In this document: positions 34,379 through 46,100 of the stretch, piece after piece
Position numbering within the stretch: position 1 is the first letter of the stretch
Layout: each line of letters starts with the position of its first letter
NCBI GenBank assembly: GCA_965237955.1
Contig: OZ250169.1
Coordinates: forward strand, 704,001-768,000
DNA: 64,000 bases
Source: Candidatus Marinacidobacterales bacterium
GTDB lineage: Bacteria > Acidobacteriota > Vicinamibacteria > Marinacidobacterales > SMYC01
Direction: 5' to 3'
The notes under the pieces: generated by a model
The model's database searches: none
What the model was told of the DNA's origin: nothing
The model's input: only the letters and a program-made list of their open reading frames with translations
Position numbers and translations under genes: made by a program

Positions 34379-35724
34379 TGTCCTTCATCATTATTGATCC
34401 AGCGGGAATGGTACCGCTGGTGGCCCTACGACGAACGAAGAAACCCGGGTCGGCGCGCGCGGGCACTTGCCGAGATCACGCGATCAATGGGCCGCGGAGC
34501 TGGACAACGCAATCGCGAGGGACCCCAGCAATCGACGCGCAGCGACTAAACTGGCTCAGGCGGCGTCGCGCCATTCGTAGCGGTGGTGGAGCCCACCCAC
34601 TCGCGGCAACGCGACGACTTTTGCGGTCGGTGATGGTCGGGGCGTGACGGGTCTTGAGTTCGGGGTGTCTTTGTCGAGACCCAAGTGGCAACGGTCCTCG
34701 TGGTAGTAGCTGATGTACAAGCGCATGAGCCGGACGAGATGCCGCTCACTGAGGACAACTACATGCTCTAACATCTCGCGGCGGCAGTTTCCGATCCAGC
34801 GTTCGGCGGTACCGTTTTGCCAAGGGCTGCGATAAGAAATGCGAACAGGCTTTGTGCCCATGGCCCTGATGAACTCCACCACTGCAGGGCTGAAAATCGC
34901 GTCGCGGTCAAAGACCAAGTATCGTGGTGCCGTGTCGTATGGGAACGCCTCGCGCAGTTGTTGAATCACCCACGCTGACGTGGGGTTGTACGTCGCGTTG
35001 AAGTGCAAGATATGGCGACGGCCGTGCTCGATGACGAAGAAGCCGTACAGCAGCCGTAGCGACGCCGTCGGTACGGCGAACAGATCCATCGCGGCGATGT
35101 CGTCCTTGTGGTTCCGCAAGAACGCAATCCATCGCTTCACTTCGTCGGGTTCGGCTCGGCGGTGCGGCATGTATCGCGACACCGTCATCTCGCTGACAAC
35201 GAATCCGAGCTTCGTCAGCTCAGCGTGGATACGAGGTGCACCCCAGCCGTCTTGGGCCATCGTGCGGACGAGACGACGAATCTCGGCATCAATCCGAGGT
35301 CGACCTGGATAGCGCGGACGGGAGATCCGAGCCCAGTATCGGCGGAACCGATCTCGATTCCACCGGGCGACCGTGTCGGCGTTCACGATAACGAGCCGGC
35401 TCGCCCACGCTGGCCACGAGCTTCGGAGCGCAACCCAGAATGCTCGGTCCGTGTCCTCGAGCGGTGGCCGGGGGCGCTCCTTCTTCAACGCCGTAACTTG
35501 CTGCCGCAGGGCCAGGTTTTCAATCACGAGGTCGGCTCGGCGCCGACACATCGCCCGGATCGCACGGGCGCCGAGTGAGACGAGGAAGATGAGGACACGG
35601 AGCATGGCGGCAGAGTTTGCCGTCTCAAGACCGGGATCTCAAGCGGGAGATGCGCTCGTTGGCCGAGGCGTGAACGGTGCGTAAGTCCTTGATTTCAGGA
35701 GCGGACGGATATTGATGATGCACA
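34379..35724 (-). mobile_element. 1,346-bp rve-integrase element, copy 3; CDS 34556-35605
   Basis: Near-identical to copies 1 and 2. Confidence 0.9.
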
Positions 35725-36281
35725 GGTACGAAGAACTCGTGCTCGTCCGGGTCTCTCCATGCCACCGTCTCGGAGAAACCCTTAGCGATGAGCTTTTCCG
35801 CTTCCTCCTCGAAGCGGTCCGATAGCCGTTTCAGAAAGAGCAGACCGAAGATGTAGGTTTTGTAGTCGCTGCTGTCGATGGAGCCGCGCAGGATGTCTGC
35901 GGCGGACCAGAGATACTGCTCGAGCTGCGCGACGCTCAGCTCTTCACTCCGCGGTTCTGGCGCCTCTGCCACGGAACGGGTTGGCGCGGGCACGTTCCCG
36001 GTGTTGTTCTTCGACGCAGCGGCCGGTCGGATAAGACGGGCTACGAGATCCTCCTTTTTCCTGCCGGAATCATCGAGGTCGAACGTTCGACACAGCTCCT
36101 TCAGGCGCTCTCTAGAGAGGTCTTGCAGAATCTCATAGAGCCGCGCCTTCCGCGAGCGGGCAAGCGTATCAACGAGTTGCGGCTTGACGCGGCGATCCGC
36201 AACCGCCAGCTCATAGAAGTCGATGCTGGCGCGCAGCTCGTTCGCTGTCAGCTCGGCGAGAATTGCGTGTTTTGTTGGCAT
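35725..36281 (-). pseudogene. hsdM: Type I methyltransferase N-terminal fragment with an extra helical N-domain
   Basis: LEQYLWSAADILRGSIDSSDYKTYIFGLLFLKRLSD, truncated by the IS. Confidence 0.85.
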
Positions 36282-36607
36282 CTCCGTATCACTCGTGGAT
36301 CCACTTGCCGTGGTGGCAGCCGGAGTGGTCTTAGCCAGCGTGATCCTCGTCAGTGCTCGTGGGAGGCTACCACGAGGGCGCGCTGTGGTTTTCGGAAATT
36401 CTAGCCACCTGAGTTTTTGTCTCAGAATCGAGGACTTCGTCAAGTCTGCACTGGTAATTGTGATGAGTAGCCGCCGCCACACTCGTCTGCCCGGCCCCCC
36501 CGTGACGACGAGATCGGCTACGGCAAACCTCTGGTCTGCCATAGTTCTCTGAACAGAGCGCGGCACATTCTCAACCGAAGCCCGTCGTGTCCGGGGTATC
36601 TCAGACA

Positions 36608-37692
36608 GGCATTGTTGCACCGCTCTGGCTGAGAGCAAAATGCGCCTCTTGTGGTGGCCGAGGTATGTTCGACCATGAAGTATCCCAAGCGCTGCCAGTA
36701 CAAGCACGCGAAGCAGAAGAAGTACCACGTTCGCAACTGGGCGGAATACAACGAAGGGCTGCGCCGCCGGGGCGATTTGACAGTCTGGTTTGACGAGGAG
36801 GCAATCGCGAACTGGAAGGCCGACAAGACCGGTAAGCCTGGCGGTCAACGGGTCTATTCAGACATGGCTATTGAAACGGGCCTGGTTGTCCGGATGGTGT
36901 ACAAGCTCGCCTACCGACAAACCGAAGGCTTCTTGCACTCGATCGCCTCGCTGCTCGGGCTCGGTATCGAGATCCCGGACTACTCGACGTTGTCTCGGCG
37001 GTCGAGGCTGCTCCGCAAGAAGCTGCGGATTCCGAAAGCCGCAAGCAATCAACCAACCCACCTGATGATCGATAGCACGGGCTTGAGGATTCATGTTGGA
37101 ACCGCCCGCAAACCGCCAAAGCAGCGCGCATGGCGCAAGTTGCACATCGCCGTTGATCGCGAGACCGGCAACATTGTTGCGTCCGAACTGACGGCGTCAC
37201 GTGCTCGCGACGCAACCCGAGTCCCCGCTTTGCTAACACAGATTCAAGCACCTCTAGCGTCCGTGGCGGCGGACAGTGCATACGACAAGGAAGCGGTCTA
37301 CGAAGCGATCGAAGCGCACAGCCCTGGACGAAGGACGCGCGTGGTGATTCCGCCGCAACGAAACGCGACGCTCAATCAGAATTCGAACACCGCCATGCAG
37401 GAGCGCGACCGCCATATTCGTGCCATCGAAAGACACGGCCGACGTGAATGGTACAAGCTCTCAGGCTGCACCAAGCGAAGCATGGTGGAGAACGCGGTCT
37501 ATCGTTACAAAGCGATCATCGGGCCCGAGATGCGGACACGAACGTTGGCGAGGCAACGAGTTGAACACCGAATTGGGTGCGAGATACTCAACAAGATGAC
37601 CGCGCTCGGGATGCCCGATACGTACTGCGCCGGGTGACTCTACGACCGGCACAGGGAGGTCAGCGATTTGCTCCGGGCCGTGCAACAACGCC
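36608..37692 (+). mobile_element. IS903-like element, complete; CDS 36651-37637
   Basis: Slightly diverged copy of 10408-11492. Confidence 0.92.
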
Positions 37693-37762
37693 GCGGATCA
37701 CAACTAAGCTGCTGATTTATGGGCTATTTCAAAAGGGCGGAGTTTTGGCACAGGACGGCGTC

Positions 37763-38014
37763 TTATTGCTTCGCTGTCTTCTTCGCCTTCTCTGCCGCTT
37801 TGGCTTCTCGCACCTTTGCCTTCTCCGCCGCTTTGGCCTTGGCTTCCCGCACCTTTAGCCACGCCCGGACCTCCCGCAGACGGAATTGAGACGCCACGCC
37901 GCGCCCTCTAGTGTGGACCGGCATCCCAGACCGCTCCCATTTTGTTACCATCTGTTTATCGACGCCCAAATGCTCGGCTAGTTCCGACCTCGTCAACACT
38001 CGCGCTTTGGCCAT
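37763..38014 (-). CDS. Nu1/terminase small-subunit-like HTH protein with an Ala/Lys-rich tail
   Basis: GGAGGAGG RBS; SELAEHLGV....VTKW.RSGMP...F.L.EV.AW. Confidence 0.65.
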   Translation of the reverse strand: MAKARVLTRSELAEHLGVDKQMVTKWERSGMPVHTRGRGVASQFRLREVRAWLKVREAKAKAAEKAKVREAKAAEKAKKTAKQ

Positions 38015-38229
38015 AGTCCTCCTCCAAACGGCACTGCCCTCTTCTGCATTGAAAGACGCTCTTAGGGTACTACGGTTTCCCCTTGAACGAAGGATTCCAA
38101 TTACTTTACTTCATTTCCACTCCTTTTGAGGGTAGCTCGTGTCCGTCAATTCATGACACTGATGGTCTATTTCAAATGGGCCGAGTTTTGGCACAGGACG
38201 GGGATGGTGTGGGCGGCAACCAACGCGCC

Positions 38230-38625
38230 CCGATGCTCGCAAAGCCTATGACGAGTCTCGTCGCCAAGTGGACGCCTCTCGCGCCGGCCGTCGTCCGAGG
38301 CCTAGAGGAGGCCGGTAATCAGCTACTGACCTTCTACGAATTCCCTCGTGCCATGTGGAAATCGATTCGAACGACCAATGCTCTGGAGAATCTCAACCGC
38401 GAGTTTCGACGCCGGACGAAAATCCAAGCGTCGTTCTCCAGCGAGGAGTCCGCAGTCGCTTTGCTGTTTGGGCTTATCGCCTCTGGCCAGATTCAACTAC
38501 GACGCATCGACGGCTACCAACGTCTGAGCGAGGTTCTCGAACACGCGCAGGTTGCCGCCTGATCTGATACCCTGATGACGGAGTGGAGGGCGCTGTTCTT
38601 TTTCCACGGACCTCGGGACACATCC
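38230..38625 (+). pseudogene. IS256-family 3' fragment
   Basis: SIRTTNALENLNREFRRRTK motif. Confidence 0.85.
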
Positions 38626-39199
38626 AAGATGTTGATTAAAATATACTTACGTTATGTGCAAGCCACGCAATCTTCGGTCGCGCGCGAAGCACGGAGGCGG
38701 ACGGACGAAGCCGACGACTGATCGCCAGACTTCGCAGTAAATGCGTGAAAGAAGACAAGTTATTCTCTTTCAACATAGGCTCCTAGATCTCGTCCTGTGC
38801 CAAAACTCGGCCCTTTTGAAATAGACCGCAAGAGCAAACTGAACCTTTCGACGTTTACAATGACGTCGGATCACCTCATCCGTTCGCCGCGAAGCCGCTA
38901 ATCCTGGCAGCTCTAAACTGCGGAATCAACGACGGATCGAGTTTTTGCGGAGCACAACTCAAGCAGCGCGTCGAGTGTAATAATGATGGAGACCACCAAC
39001 CTTTGGAATGGCGTCCTGTACGGTGCTTCCGCCATTAAGTGTTGGTGAGATGACGCTAAGACGTTACGCTGCATTAAATTACAGCCAAAATAGAGCTCAC
39101 GACCTTCGCCGCGCGCTAAATGGAGCGTAAGCGCTTTTTTTACAAAGAGATACGTACACATCACCAACAGCAAACAGCGCAAGCACCGGATGTGACTCA

Positions 39200-39904
39200 A
39201 TGAGAGCTCATTACTTGCAGCACGTTCCATTCGAAGGACTCGGCAGCATTGAGTCATGGCTCCGGTCAGCTCGATATGAGCTAACACACACGCCGTTCTT
39301 CGAATCAACCGATCTGCCTGCGGCCCGGGATGTCGACTTCGTGATCGTGATGGGCGGCCCCATGAGCGTGAACGATGAGACCAAGCATCCCTGGCTGGTG
39401 GACGAAAAACGTTTCATTCGCGATTGCATCCAGACGGGAAAGCCGGTTCTGGGCGTGTGTCTCGGGGCCCAGCTGATTGCCAGCGCTATGGGTGCGAAGG
39501 TTTATCCGAACCCCGCGAAGGAGATTGGCTGGTTCCCCGTCTACGCGGCGTCCGCGGAGAACGAGTTCGGCTTGCCGTCCTCTATGGATGTGTTCCACTG
39601 GCACGGCGAGACGTTCGATTTGCCGCATGGTGCGCGATTGCTGGCCAGGGGCGAAGCCTGTGAAAACCAGGCGTTCCAGTTTGGAAACCGTGTGCTGGGG
39701 CTTCAGTTTCATCTGGAAACCACACCCGAAGCGGCCCGTCAGCTTGCCGAGCACTGTCGAGGAGAGCTGCTGCCGTCAAAGTACGTTCAGTCCGAAGGGG
39801 AAATTCTTGCCGCACCGGCCGAAAGGTATCAGACGATCAACAATCTGATGGGTCAAATACTGTCCCGACTGCATGGTTCGAACGGTACTGACCTTGCCCC
39901 CTAA
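39200..39904 (+). CDS. Type 1 glutamine amidotransferase domain protein
   Basis: MGGPMS, GVCLGAQ, WHGE and QFHLE motifs. Confidence 0.92.
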   Translation: MRAHYLQHVPFEGLGSIESWLRSARYELTHTPFFESTDLPAARDVDFVIVMGGPMSVNDETKHPWLVDEKRFIRDCIQTGKPVLGVCLGAQLIASAMGAKVYPNPAKEIGWFPVYAASAENEFGLPSSMDVFHWHGETFDLPHGARLLARGEACENQAFQFGNRVLGLQFHLETTPEAARQLAEHCRGELLPSKYVQSEGEILAAPAERYQTINNLMGQILSRLHGSNGTDLAP

Positions 39905-40057
39905 CTGAACCGCCCCGGGTTTTCCGGAGAGTGTTTTAGTTGAGTCCGGCCTCAGCGAGGCCGGACCGTACGACGTGGTTTGCTCATGACAGCTCCTTTT
40001 TCCATGTGCGTATTTTAACTTCAGGACTGTCATGTTCCAGCTGAACCGAAACAATCT

Positions 40058-40258
40058 GGCCTGCCTGTGTCGGCGAACGCCATTAATAAGGATGTCGGCG
40101 TGCACACGAAGGTGTCCCTGAACGTCAGGCACCGTGTGGTCAGCCCAGCCCGCTGCGCCGAAAGAACTGTGTCTCTCGAAATCAGGCTCAAACTCTAGCA
40201 CACGAGCGGGTTACGCGGCAGTCACCAACACTTGATTGCGGAAGCACCGCACAGGACG
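40058..40258 (-). repeat. Repeat B, copy 3
   Basis: Reverse complement of 969-1170. Confidence 0.85.
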
Positions 40259-40365
40259 GGTATAAACTGAAAACCCTCTCTTAGAAATACGGCCGTTCTG
40301 TCCGAAATGCTTTGACGACGTACAGGAGGCGATAGAACACGCCAAATTCGAGACAAGTAAGGACA

Positions 40366-42027
40366 TCAAGGAGGCCCAAGCGGACCTGGACTCAAACGTG
40401 CTAGCCCACTACCCCGCGCGCTAGCCTCGGCCTCGATTTTGGACCCCCACTCCAACAGGTCCACGGGTGAGCACCCGTCGGCAGATCCGAGAACCTCAAG
40501 TCTTAGTCGCGCGCGCGCGGCGAGCTCAAGTGGACTCGTGTTCGCGGCAAACGAGGCATGTACAACGCGGTCCATTCCCGCACCTACCAGAGGGGCAGCC
40601 GTTCTCAGTGCGGCTCGAAGACCAACTGCATTCGTTCGGCCCCAGTGTAAGACGAGATTTCTCTGGCGGTACAGTCGTCGTAAGGTGTGCTTTGCATGCT
40701 GCTCGATATCAAGCAGGGCAGCTCTAGGTTCCTGAAGGATTTTCTTCAATCGTTGTTCGGCCAGCCGATCCGTGTCTGACGTGAGTTGAAGTGGTGTCCC
40801 GTTCAATATTGCGTCGCCCACGAGCGTCGCCCTGTCCCGGTTAGTCGCCGCATCGGCTATCGAACTGGCCAACTCGTCATCGCATGCTTTCCGATGCGCG
40901 TAAGCCAGGGTGGTGAGCTCTGCGCGGGGAAAGGAGCAAGCGACAAACGAGGCCATGCGGTCTCCGGCCACACCGCGATCCCCGGAGTCACCGGGACCGA
41001 GCAAGAGCGTCTCAATCGCGGCCCACCCGCCAGACACAGCTGTCCCTGGTGACCCTCTGTCGAGTGGGTCGATGAGCTCAAGTGCCGCATTGATCCGATC
41101 GTCGTCGGTCTTTCGGTACAGACTGTTTTCTCGATCCAATGCATGGATCTCTACTCCCCTTCGATTCCTGCGAAGTTGGAATGGCTTCCCTTCCCCTGCG
41201 ATCCAAGCGCTACCGTGAAATTGGAGTTGCGAACGAGTACCCACCGCAATTCTCGCTGCGAGCCTCTCAACACCTTCGAAGACTTCATCGATAGCCGACC
41301 ATGGGTCGCGAGCTGTGACTCTAAACAGCATTCCGCCACCCTGTCGAATATCGGTCGCGCTATGGTGGTTTTCCTTAAGCCAATCAGATACCTGCGGGGC
41401 GCTTCGCCACTCGTCGGGCATCTCCGCCCGCGACCGCGGTGCTTTGAGAAAAGCGACTAAGACCTCAAATGCTTTCGCCGGACCGGTCACGAGGTCATGA
41501 GCGTCTTCCAGAAGCTTAGCTAACGTTCGCGTTGAATGCTCGTGATGGATCCGATATGACCACCAACGATGAAGGTACGTAGAGCTGAAGCCCGAGTCGA
41601 GTAGGTGTGTCGCGATGGCACGGGCAACTCTTTCTTCGTTGGGCTGATCGGAAGAAGGATCGCCAACGGCTCGCGACCATCTGGCCAAGTACGTCCGTTC
41701 GATTTGCCTACGAATCTGCTCAAGGAGTCGAAACTCCACACCTTCCGGTTTGGGTGAAAGCCGGAGCAGTTTTTGGAGCACACGGTGCTGCTCGGCACCC
41801 CCCACTCCGGGATCCCGAGAAGCGGTCAGTTCGACGGTCTTACGAAGATGCTTGAGCGACTTTTCGCTCAGGACACCGGCGTGAAATGCCTCGCATCCTT
41901 CGAGAACTTCGCGCACACCGAGCTTGAGTCCCACAGCCCAGAGCCTTCGTTGCCAAGGAGTAGGGCGGCTGAAGAAATCGAGGAGGATAGCTGTAACACG
42001 GCGATCGTACGTATTGACAGAGACCAT
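40366..42027 (-). CDS. ApeA-like HEPN domain protein
   Basis: 553 aa; WAAIETL and RLYRQRNLVLHWG (Rx4H) motifs. Confidence 0.65.
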   Translation of the reverse strand: MVSVNTYDRRVTAILLDFFSRPTPWQRRLWAVGLKLGVREVLEGCEAFHAGVLSEKSLKHLRKTVELTASRDPGVGGAEQHRVLQKLLRLSPKPEGVEFRLLEQIRRQIERTYLARWSRAVGDPSSDQPNEERVARAIATHLLDSGFSSTYLHRWWSYRIHHEHSTRTLAKLLEDAHDLVTGPAKAFEVLVAFLKAPRSRAEMPDEWRSAPQVSDWLKENHHSATDIRQGGGMLFRVTARDPWSAIDEVFEGVERLAARIAVGTRSQLQFHGSAWIAGEGKPFQLRRNRRGVEIHALDRENSLYRKTDDDRINAALELIDPLDRGSPGTAVSGGWAAIETLLLGPGDSGDRGVAGDRMASFVACSFPRAELTTLAYAHRKACDDELASSIADAATNRDRATLVGDAILNGTPLQLTSDTDRLAEQRLKKILQEPRAALLDIEQHAKHTLRRLYRQRNLVLHWGRTNAVGLRAALRTAAPLVGAGMDRVVHASFAANTSPLELAARARLRLEVLGSADGCSPVDLLEWGSKIEAEASARGSGLARLSPGPLGPP

Positions 42028-42143
42028 AGACGAAGCCTATTATAGTCGCAGGACATAGGTCCGACATCTAACAAAGGAGGGCGTCGCCCGCCGTTGGCTT
42101 CGGCTGGCTGTGGGCTGCCCCCTCCGGTTTAGCCTACCTATGC

Positions 42144-42201
42144 TGTGGTCCGCAAAAAAAAGAATATTGCGTTACCTCTGGACCGACTTTTGCGGAGCAC
42201 A
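42144..42201. mobile_element. 58-bp minimal MITE
   Basis: Related to 26161-26216. Confidence 0.7.
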
Positions 42202-42544
42202 GGGCTCTTTCGGCCATTTGCGCGGACTGATCAGGCGTCTGATCGACCGCTGGGGGCGTCTGACGCGCGCCTGGGGGTCCAAAGGGATACCGGCGGCGGC
42301 GCTCGTCAACTCAATCGCTCATCGCCAAGCTCGTGAGGTCAAAATACTCATGCGGCTTCCCGATGGTAGAAACGTAGCAGCCCGCCAAGCCGTTCACGGG
42401 AGCGCATAACGTGTGCCTGACGAAATCGCGAAGCGCAACAGTCAACCGGGACCAGTCTGGCTACAATGACGCCAACTAATAAGAAACTCAGGGTGTAGCG
42501 TTTGGGGCAGTGACGTCAAACCCGAGCTCCCTCAGGCGTCCTGT

Positions 42545-42624
42545 TGAGCCGGTGCCACCTCCAGAAACTACCGCGTTTCATTCATTCGGGGTGGCCGTCA
42601 GGCTGTGGAAAACTTGACAGTACC
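42545..42624 (-). mobile_element. IS110 left-end remnant joined to an IS6-like TIR
   Basis: Matches 63626-63705. Confidence 0.8.
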
Positions 42625-42850
42625 TGTGCCTTCTATTTATTCATCCGGGCGCCCCAAACTTGATTAGTCTCCGGTCTGCCGGCACCATGCCTGCTTGATT
42701 TCGTCGTTTGTTCGCGCTCTCATCTCCGCCTTCAAGGCTCGTCGCGAGCTGGCTCTCGACAATGTCGCTCTTCGGCAGCAGCTCGCCGTCCTCCGCCGTT
42801 CGGTGAAACGGCCGCGGCTCTCGAACGTCGACCGCGGGTTTTGGGTAACT
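42625..42850 (+). pseudogene. rve-integrase left end and N-terminal fragment
   Basis: RRELALDNVALRQQLAVLRR; a near-identical fragment occurs at 50455-50550 (minus). Confidence 0.75.
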
Positions 42851-43048
42851 GTAGAGCCTAAGGGCCCTTGGCCCAGTCGCTAAGCTGCTGATTTATGGTC
42901 TATTTCAAAAGGGCCGAGTTTTGGCACAGGACGGGGTACGGTCCTGACAATGCGTCGTTCGCGTCAATCGTGCATGAGGCTACGTCGATCGCGTTCACGA
43001 TGCTGCTCAGCCATCTGACGTGTGCGGATAGTGGTTTCAAATCGTACG

Positions 43049-43621
43049 TCAGGAGATACGACGCCAGCCTCCAACCGGTCGAGACCGTCGTGAACGGAAA
43101 GTCCAGTGACAATATACCGTCGTGCTCGATGACCCTCTGAGGTGGGCGTCCCGTCCGACGATCTCCCCGTTGACGATGGCGATGAAGTGACCCGGTAAGA
43201 GTGCAACGCACCTCGCCGGCCGGCTGCCTAGTCCCCTGGATCTTTGATTACTATACAAAGTTAGGCTTTTCGCCAGCCCATAAGATTCATAAGATTCATG
43301 CACTTAGAAGGGTTTCGGCAAGCTCTGCTTTATCTAGTTTGTTCTGATACAGGGGACTAGCAGCGCGCCCAGTGTTTCCAGGTCCGTGGAGTAGTGACTC
43401 TTCGCCTTCAGGTACTTCAGGGCTATCTGGAACTCCTTGTTGGTGACGCCGCCATAGGGCCAGTTCTCCGTGCAGAAGCCGAAAGCTTCGACTATCCGGT
43501 TCTCTGGAATCCACGGCGCGGCCCAGTAGAGGGAAGCCAACGCGCAGTCGTGGTCTCCCGCGCCTATCGTGGTCGGGGCCACGAGATGAGCCCCCCCTAG
43601 CCAGACCCAGATTGTGTCCAT
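43049..43621 (-). pseudogene. Small papain-like (C39-like) peptidase candidate split by a MITE
   Basis: DHDCALASL...GGVT before, and LPGHFIAIVNG after, an in-frame MITE. Confidence 0.55.
43228..43360 (+). mobile_element. CTAG-flanked MITE, copy 3
   Basis: Matches 17014-17146. Confidence 0.92.
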
Positions 43622-43749
43622 TATCCGACGAAGAGCGAATGGACCTCTATTGCGTGCCGGTGCTGTGGTTACGGCCGGCCAGACCCGATCAGATGCGTTC
43701 TCCATGCAGTCTGGATTGTACAGCCATTGACTGTGGCTGGATATTGGTG

Positions 43750-44430
43750 ACACCAACCCGCCCTGAGTCCACACTTGCGTGGTGAAGAAATCTGTTGCCG
43801 CGAGGACGTCCATGTGCGAGCGGATGAACTCCCTCCACGTCGTGGTCTTCCGACGCTCTGGTGCGAACGGAATGCCGTGGCGTTTCAGAATGTTACCGAC
43901 GGTTTGATCGGCCACTTCATGCCCGAGGTTGGCTAGCGCCCCGGCAATCCGGTCGTAACTCCAGGATTTGTTCTCCTTGGCGAGACGCACCACCAGCTCT
44001 TCGATGTCGGCGTCGACCCGCGGTCGCCCTGGATACTGACGGTTCTTGGAGCCATCGAACTTCTTCGCGACAAGCCTCCGGTGCCAACCTAGGATCGTGT
44101 CGGGCTTCACGATACTCGCGACCTCATCAAGGGCTTGCTTACCCAGACGCTTTCCGAGCTCGGCCAGAGACCGCCGTTCACCATCGGTCAGACGCAAGCG
44201 ACCCTGGAGCTGATTTCGAAGAACTCGATTCTCTGCTACAAGATACTCGTTGCGCAGGAGCAACTCCTCATCCACGGACCCTGAGATGTAGCTCAGCATG
44301 GTCTTCCAGTCCATCGCGACTCCTTCCGCTGAACTGGAATACGTATCCGACCACGATGGCGGATTCAAGCAGCCTTTGGAAAGGTGCAAACTGCTGATCC
44401 GCTGGGCGTTCGAGTATTTTGACCAGACGA
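43750..44430 (-). pseudogene. rve-integrase element left end plus 5' half of the transposase (start 44314)
   Basis: EYLVAENRVLR...WSYDRIAGAL...AATDFFT; terminus CGTCTGGTCAAAATACTCG. Confidence 0.8.
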
Positions 44431-44744
44431 CCACTTCGAAGTCCCCAGCGATGTCCACCACGGTGAGGCGAATCTGATGGCGTTCGATTCGTCTCCGTAC
44501 GAGGTGCAGCGGTGGAGGCGCTATCGGTTTATGTTACGGATCGACCTGCCGCTTTGGTCCGAGGTTTAACCCCAGACGCCGGCATTGACCACTCGGAAAC
44601 AGGCAGAATCTGGTTGATGGTGCTACAATCCGCCGTCTCGGCCCACTTGGCGACTGACAAAAATTTCCGCAAAATTCAGGGATATCGCGTAACCTCTGGA
44701 TGCCTAAAGCGAAGCTTATGACGACAATGTGAGGAGGTCGCTGG

Positions 44745-45215
44745 ATGAAGCTGTGGATTGACTGGACTCGTCCGATCCAGCTCAGAGACGTCAGAAGGGG
44801 TGTCATGATCTACAGCCTCGACCTTAGCAAGGTCGACGATGCAGCAGGGATCTACATCTTTGGAAGGCAGTGGGGCCGTCACTTCGAAGCGTTGTATGTG
44901 GGCAAGGCGAGCAACATCCGCGCACGCGTCAAGGGGCATCTCAACAACCTGCGTTTGATGCGGCATCTTCACGCCGCCAAAACCGGAAAGCGGGTTCTGC
45001 TGGCCGGTAGACTTGTGACGAAACGCGGCCAACGACTATCCAAGTGCTTGGCCTTGGCTGAGCGGGCTCTCATCCGGTATCTCTTGTCGAAAGGCCACGA
45101 CCTAGTCAACAAGCAAGGAACCAAGCTTCGTAGGCATCAACTAGAATTCTCAGGTCAGTATCCGAAACGATCCTTCCCGACAACGATTTACCTGGAGAAA
45201 ACCAAAGGCGAATAG
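44745..45215 (+). CDS. GIY-YIG nuclease-family protein
   Basis: GIY..YVGKA..IRAR...H, E and N motifs; GAGGAGG RBS. Confidence 0.75.
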   Translation: MKLWIDWTRPIQLRDVRRGVMIYSLDLSKVDDAAGIYIFGRQWGRHFEALYVGKASNIRARVKGHLNNLRLMRHLHAAKTGKRVLLAGRLVTKRGQRLSKCLALAERALIRYLLSKGHDLVNKQGTKLRRHQLEFSGQYPKRSFPTTIYLEKTKGE

Positions 45216-45369
45216 TAGATCAACGTGGCGACGTGACAACGTGCCAGATTACCGGAATCCGTTACGCCGTCGGGATCCAGCGTTGGGACAATGACAAAGG
45301 GTACTTTCGAGTGAACGAACGATTTCGCTCACTCCCCGATGACCTCCGCCCACGCGGGCGGTGCCATTG

Positions 45370-45485
45370 CTGTCAAGTTGAGGTCTCAAGCTCGGAGCGG
45401 GCCGCTAAATAATGGGGCTTGAGCGCACCGTGTTGCCAACATCTTGGGGTCGGATCGGCCCTGAATGCCTCAACTTGACAGTACC
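45370..45485. mobile_element. IS6-like MITE
   Basis: CTGTCAAGTTGAGG...CCTCAACTTGACAGTACC; related copy at 60417-60532. Confidence 0.7.
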
Positions 45486-45581
45486 TTGCGGTGTATTCGA
45501 TGGCAAGCGGTGCCACGACGTTTCGCTGACGATCCTGCCCAACGCGTTTGCCGGTGGCTCGGCCGGACCCGAGGTCATAAG

Positions 45582-46100
45582 ATGAGCCCGAACGACGTCC
45601 AATTGGATAACCCCTCGCTCCGGCTGGCGCGCTACCTGAAGGAGTTCGTCGGGCTTCGGACAACCACAGTCCGAGATGTGACGAATTATGACACCGTTCT
45701 TTGGTTTGGCAACATGCCTCAAGAGTCGGACTGTCGATGCGCGGCATGGATGGACGACCACGATACAGACGACCCTTGGCTGGAGGTCAAGAAGCAGCGA
45801 TTCGAAAAGACGCCACCACCGCCCGCGTCGACGCTGCCGTGGCTAGACGAGCAAGCACTCAGGCGCGCGACGACCGAAATCCCCGCGTTGCGGCCGACCA
45901 TATTCCTGCAGGACCAAGAAGCTGAGCTTGAAGAGGGAGAGACTCCACCGCTGAGGGAACGGTCACTCAGCGACCATCCGGAGGTCCAGAAAGCCTACGA
46001 CAGCTACGCGCCACACTGGGAGGCGTGGTCGACGGAGCATCGTCGTCGCGAGGCGATTCAGAGAGTCTACGCCCAGCTGTTCCGCTTGCATACGCAAGTA
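45582..46100 (+). pseudogene. N-terminal fragment of a probable large AAA/SF1 helicase-type protein
   Basis: RLARYLKEF..LR...VRD..Y..VLWF and VYAQLF.LH pattern, truncated. Confidence 0.5.

Noticed and set aside
35625-36848. Novel fusion ORFs (also 27192-28202, 43334-44461, 11220-11999, 60712 start)
   Set aside because: Chimeric read-through across IS junctions.
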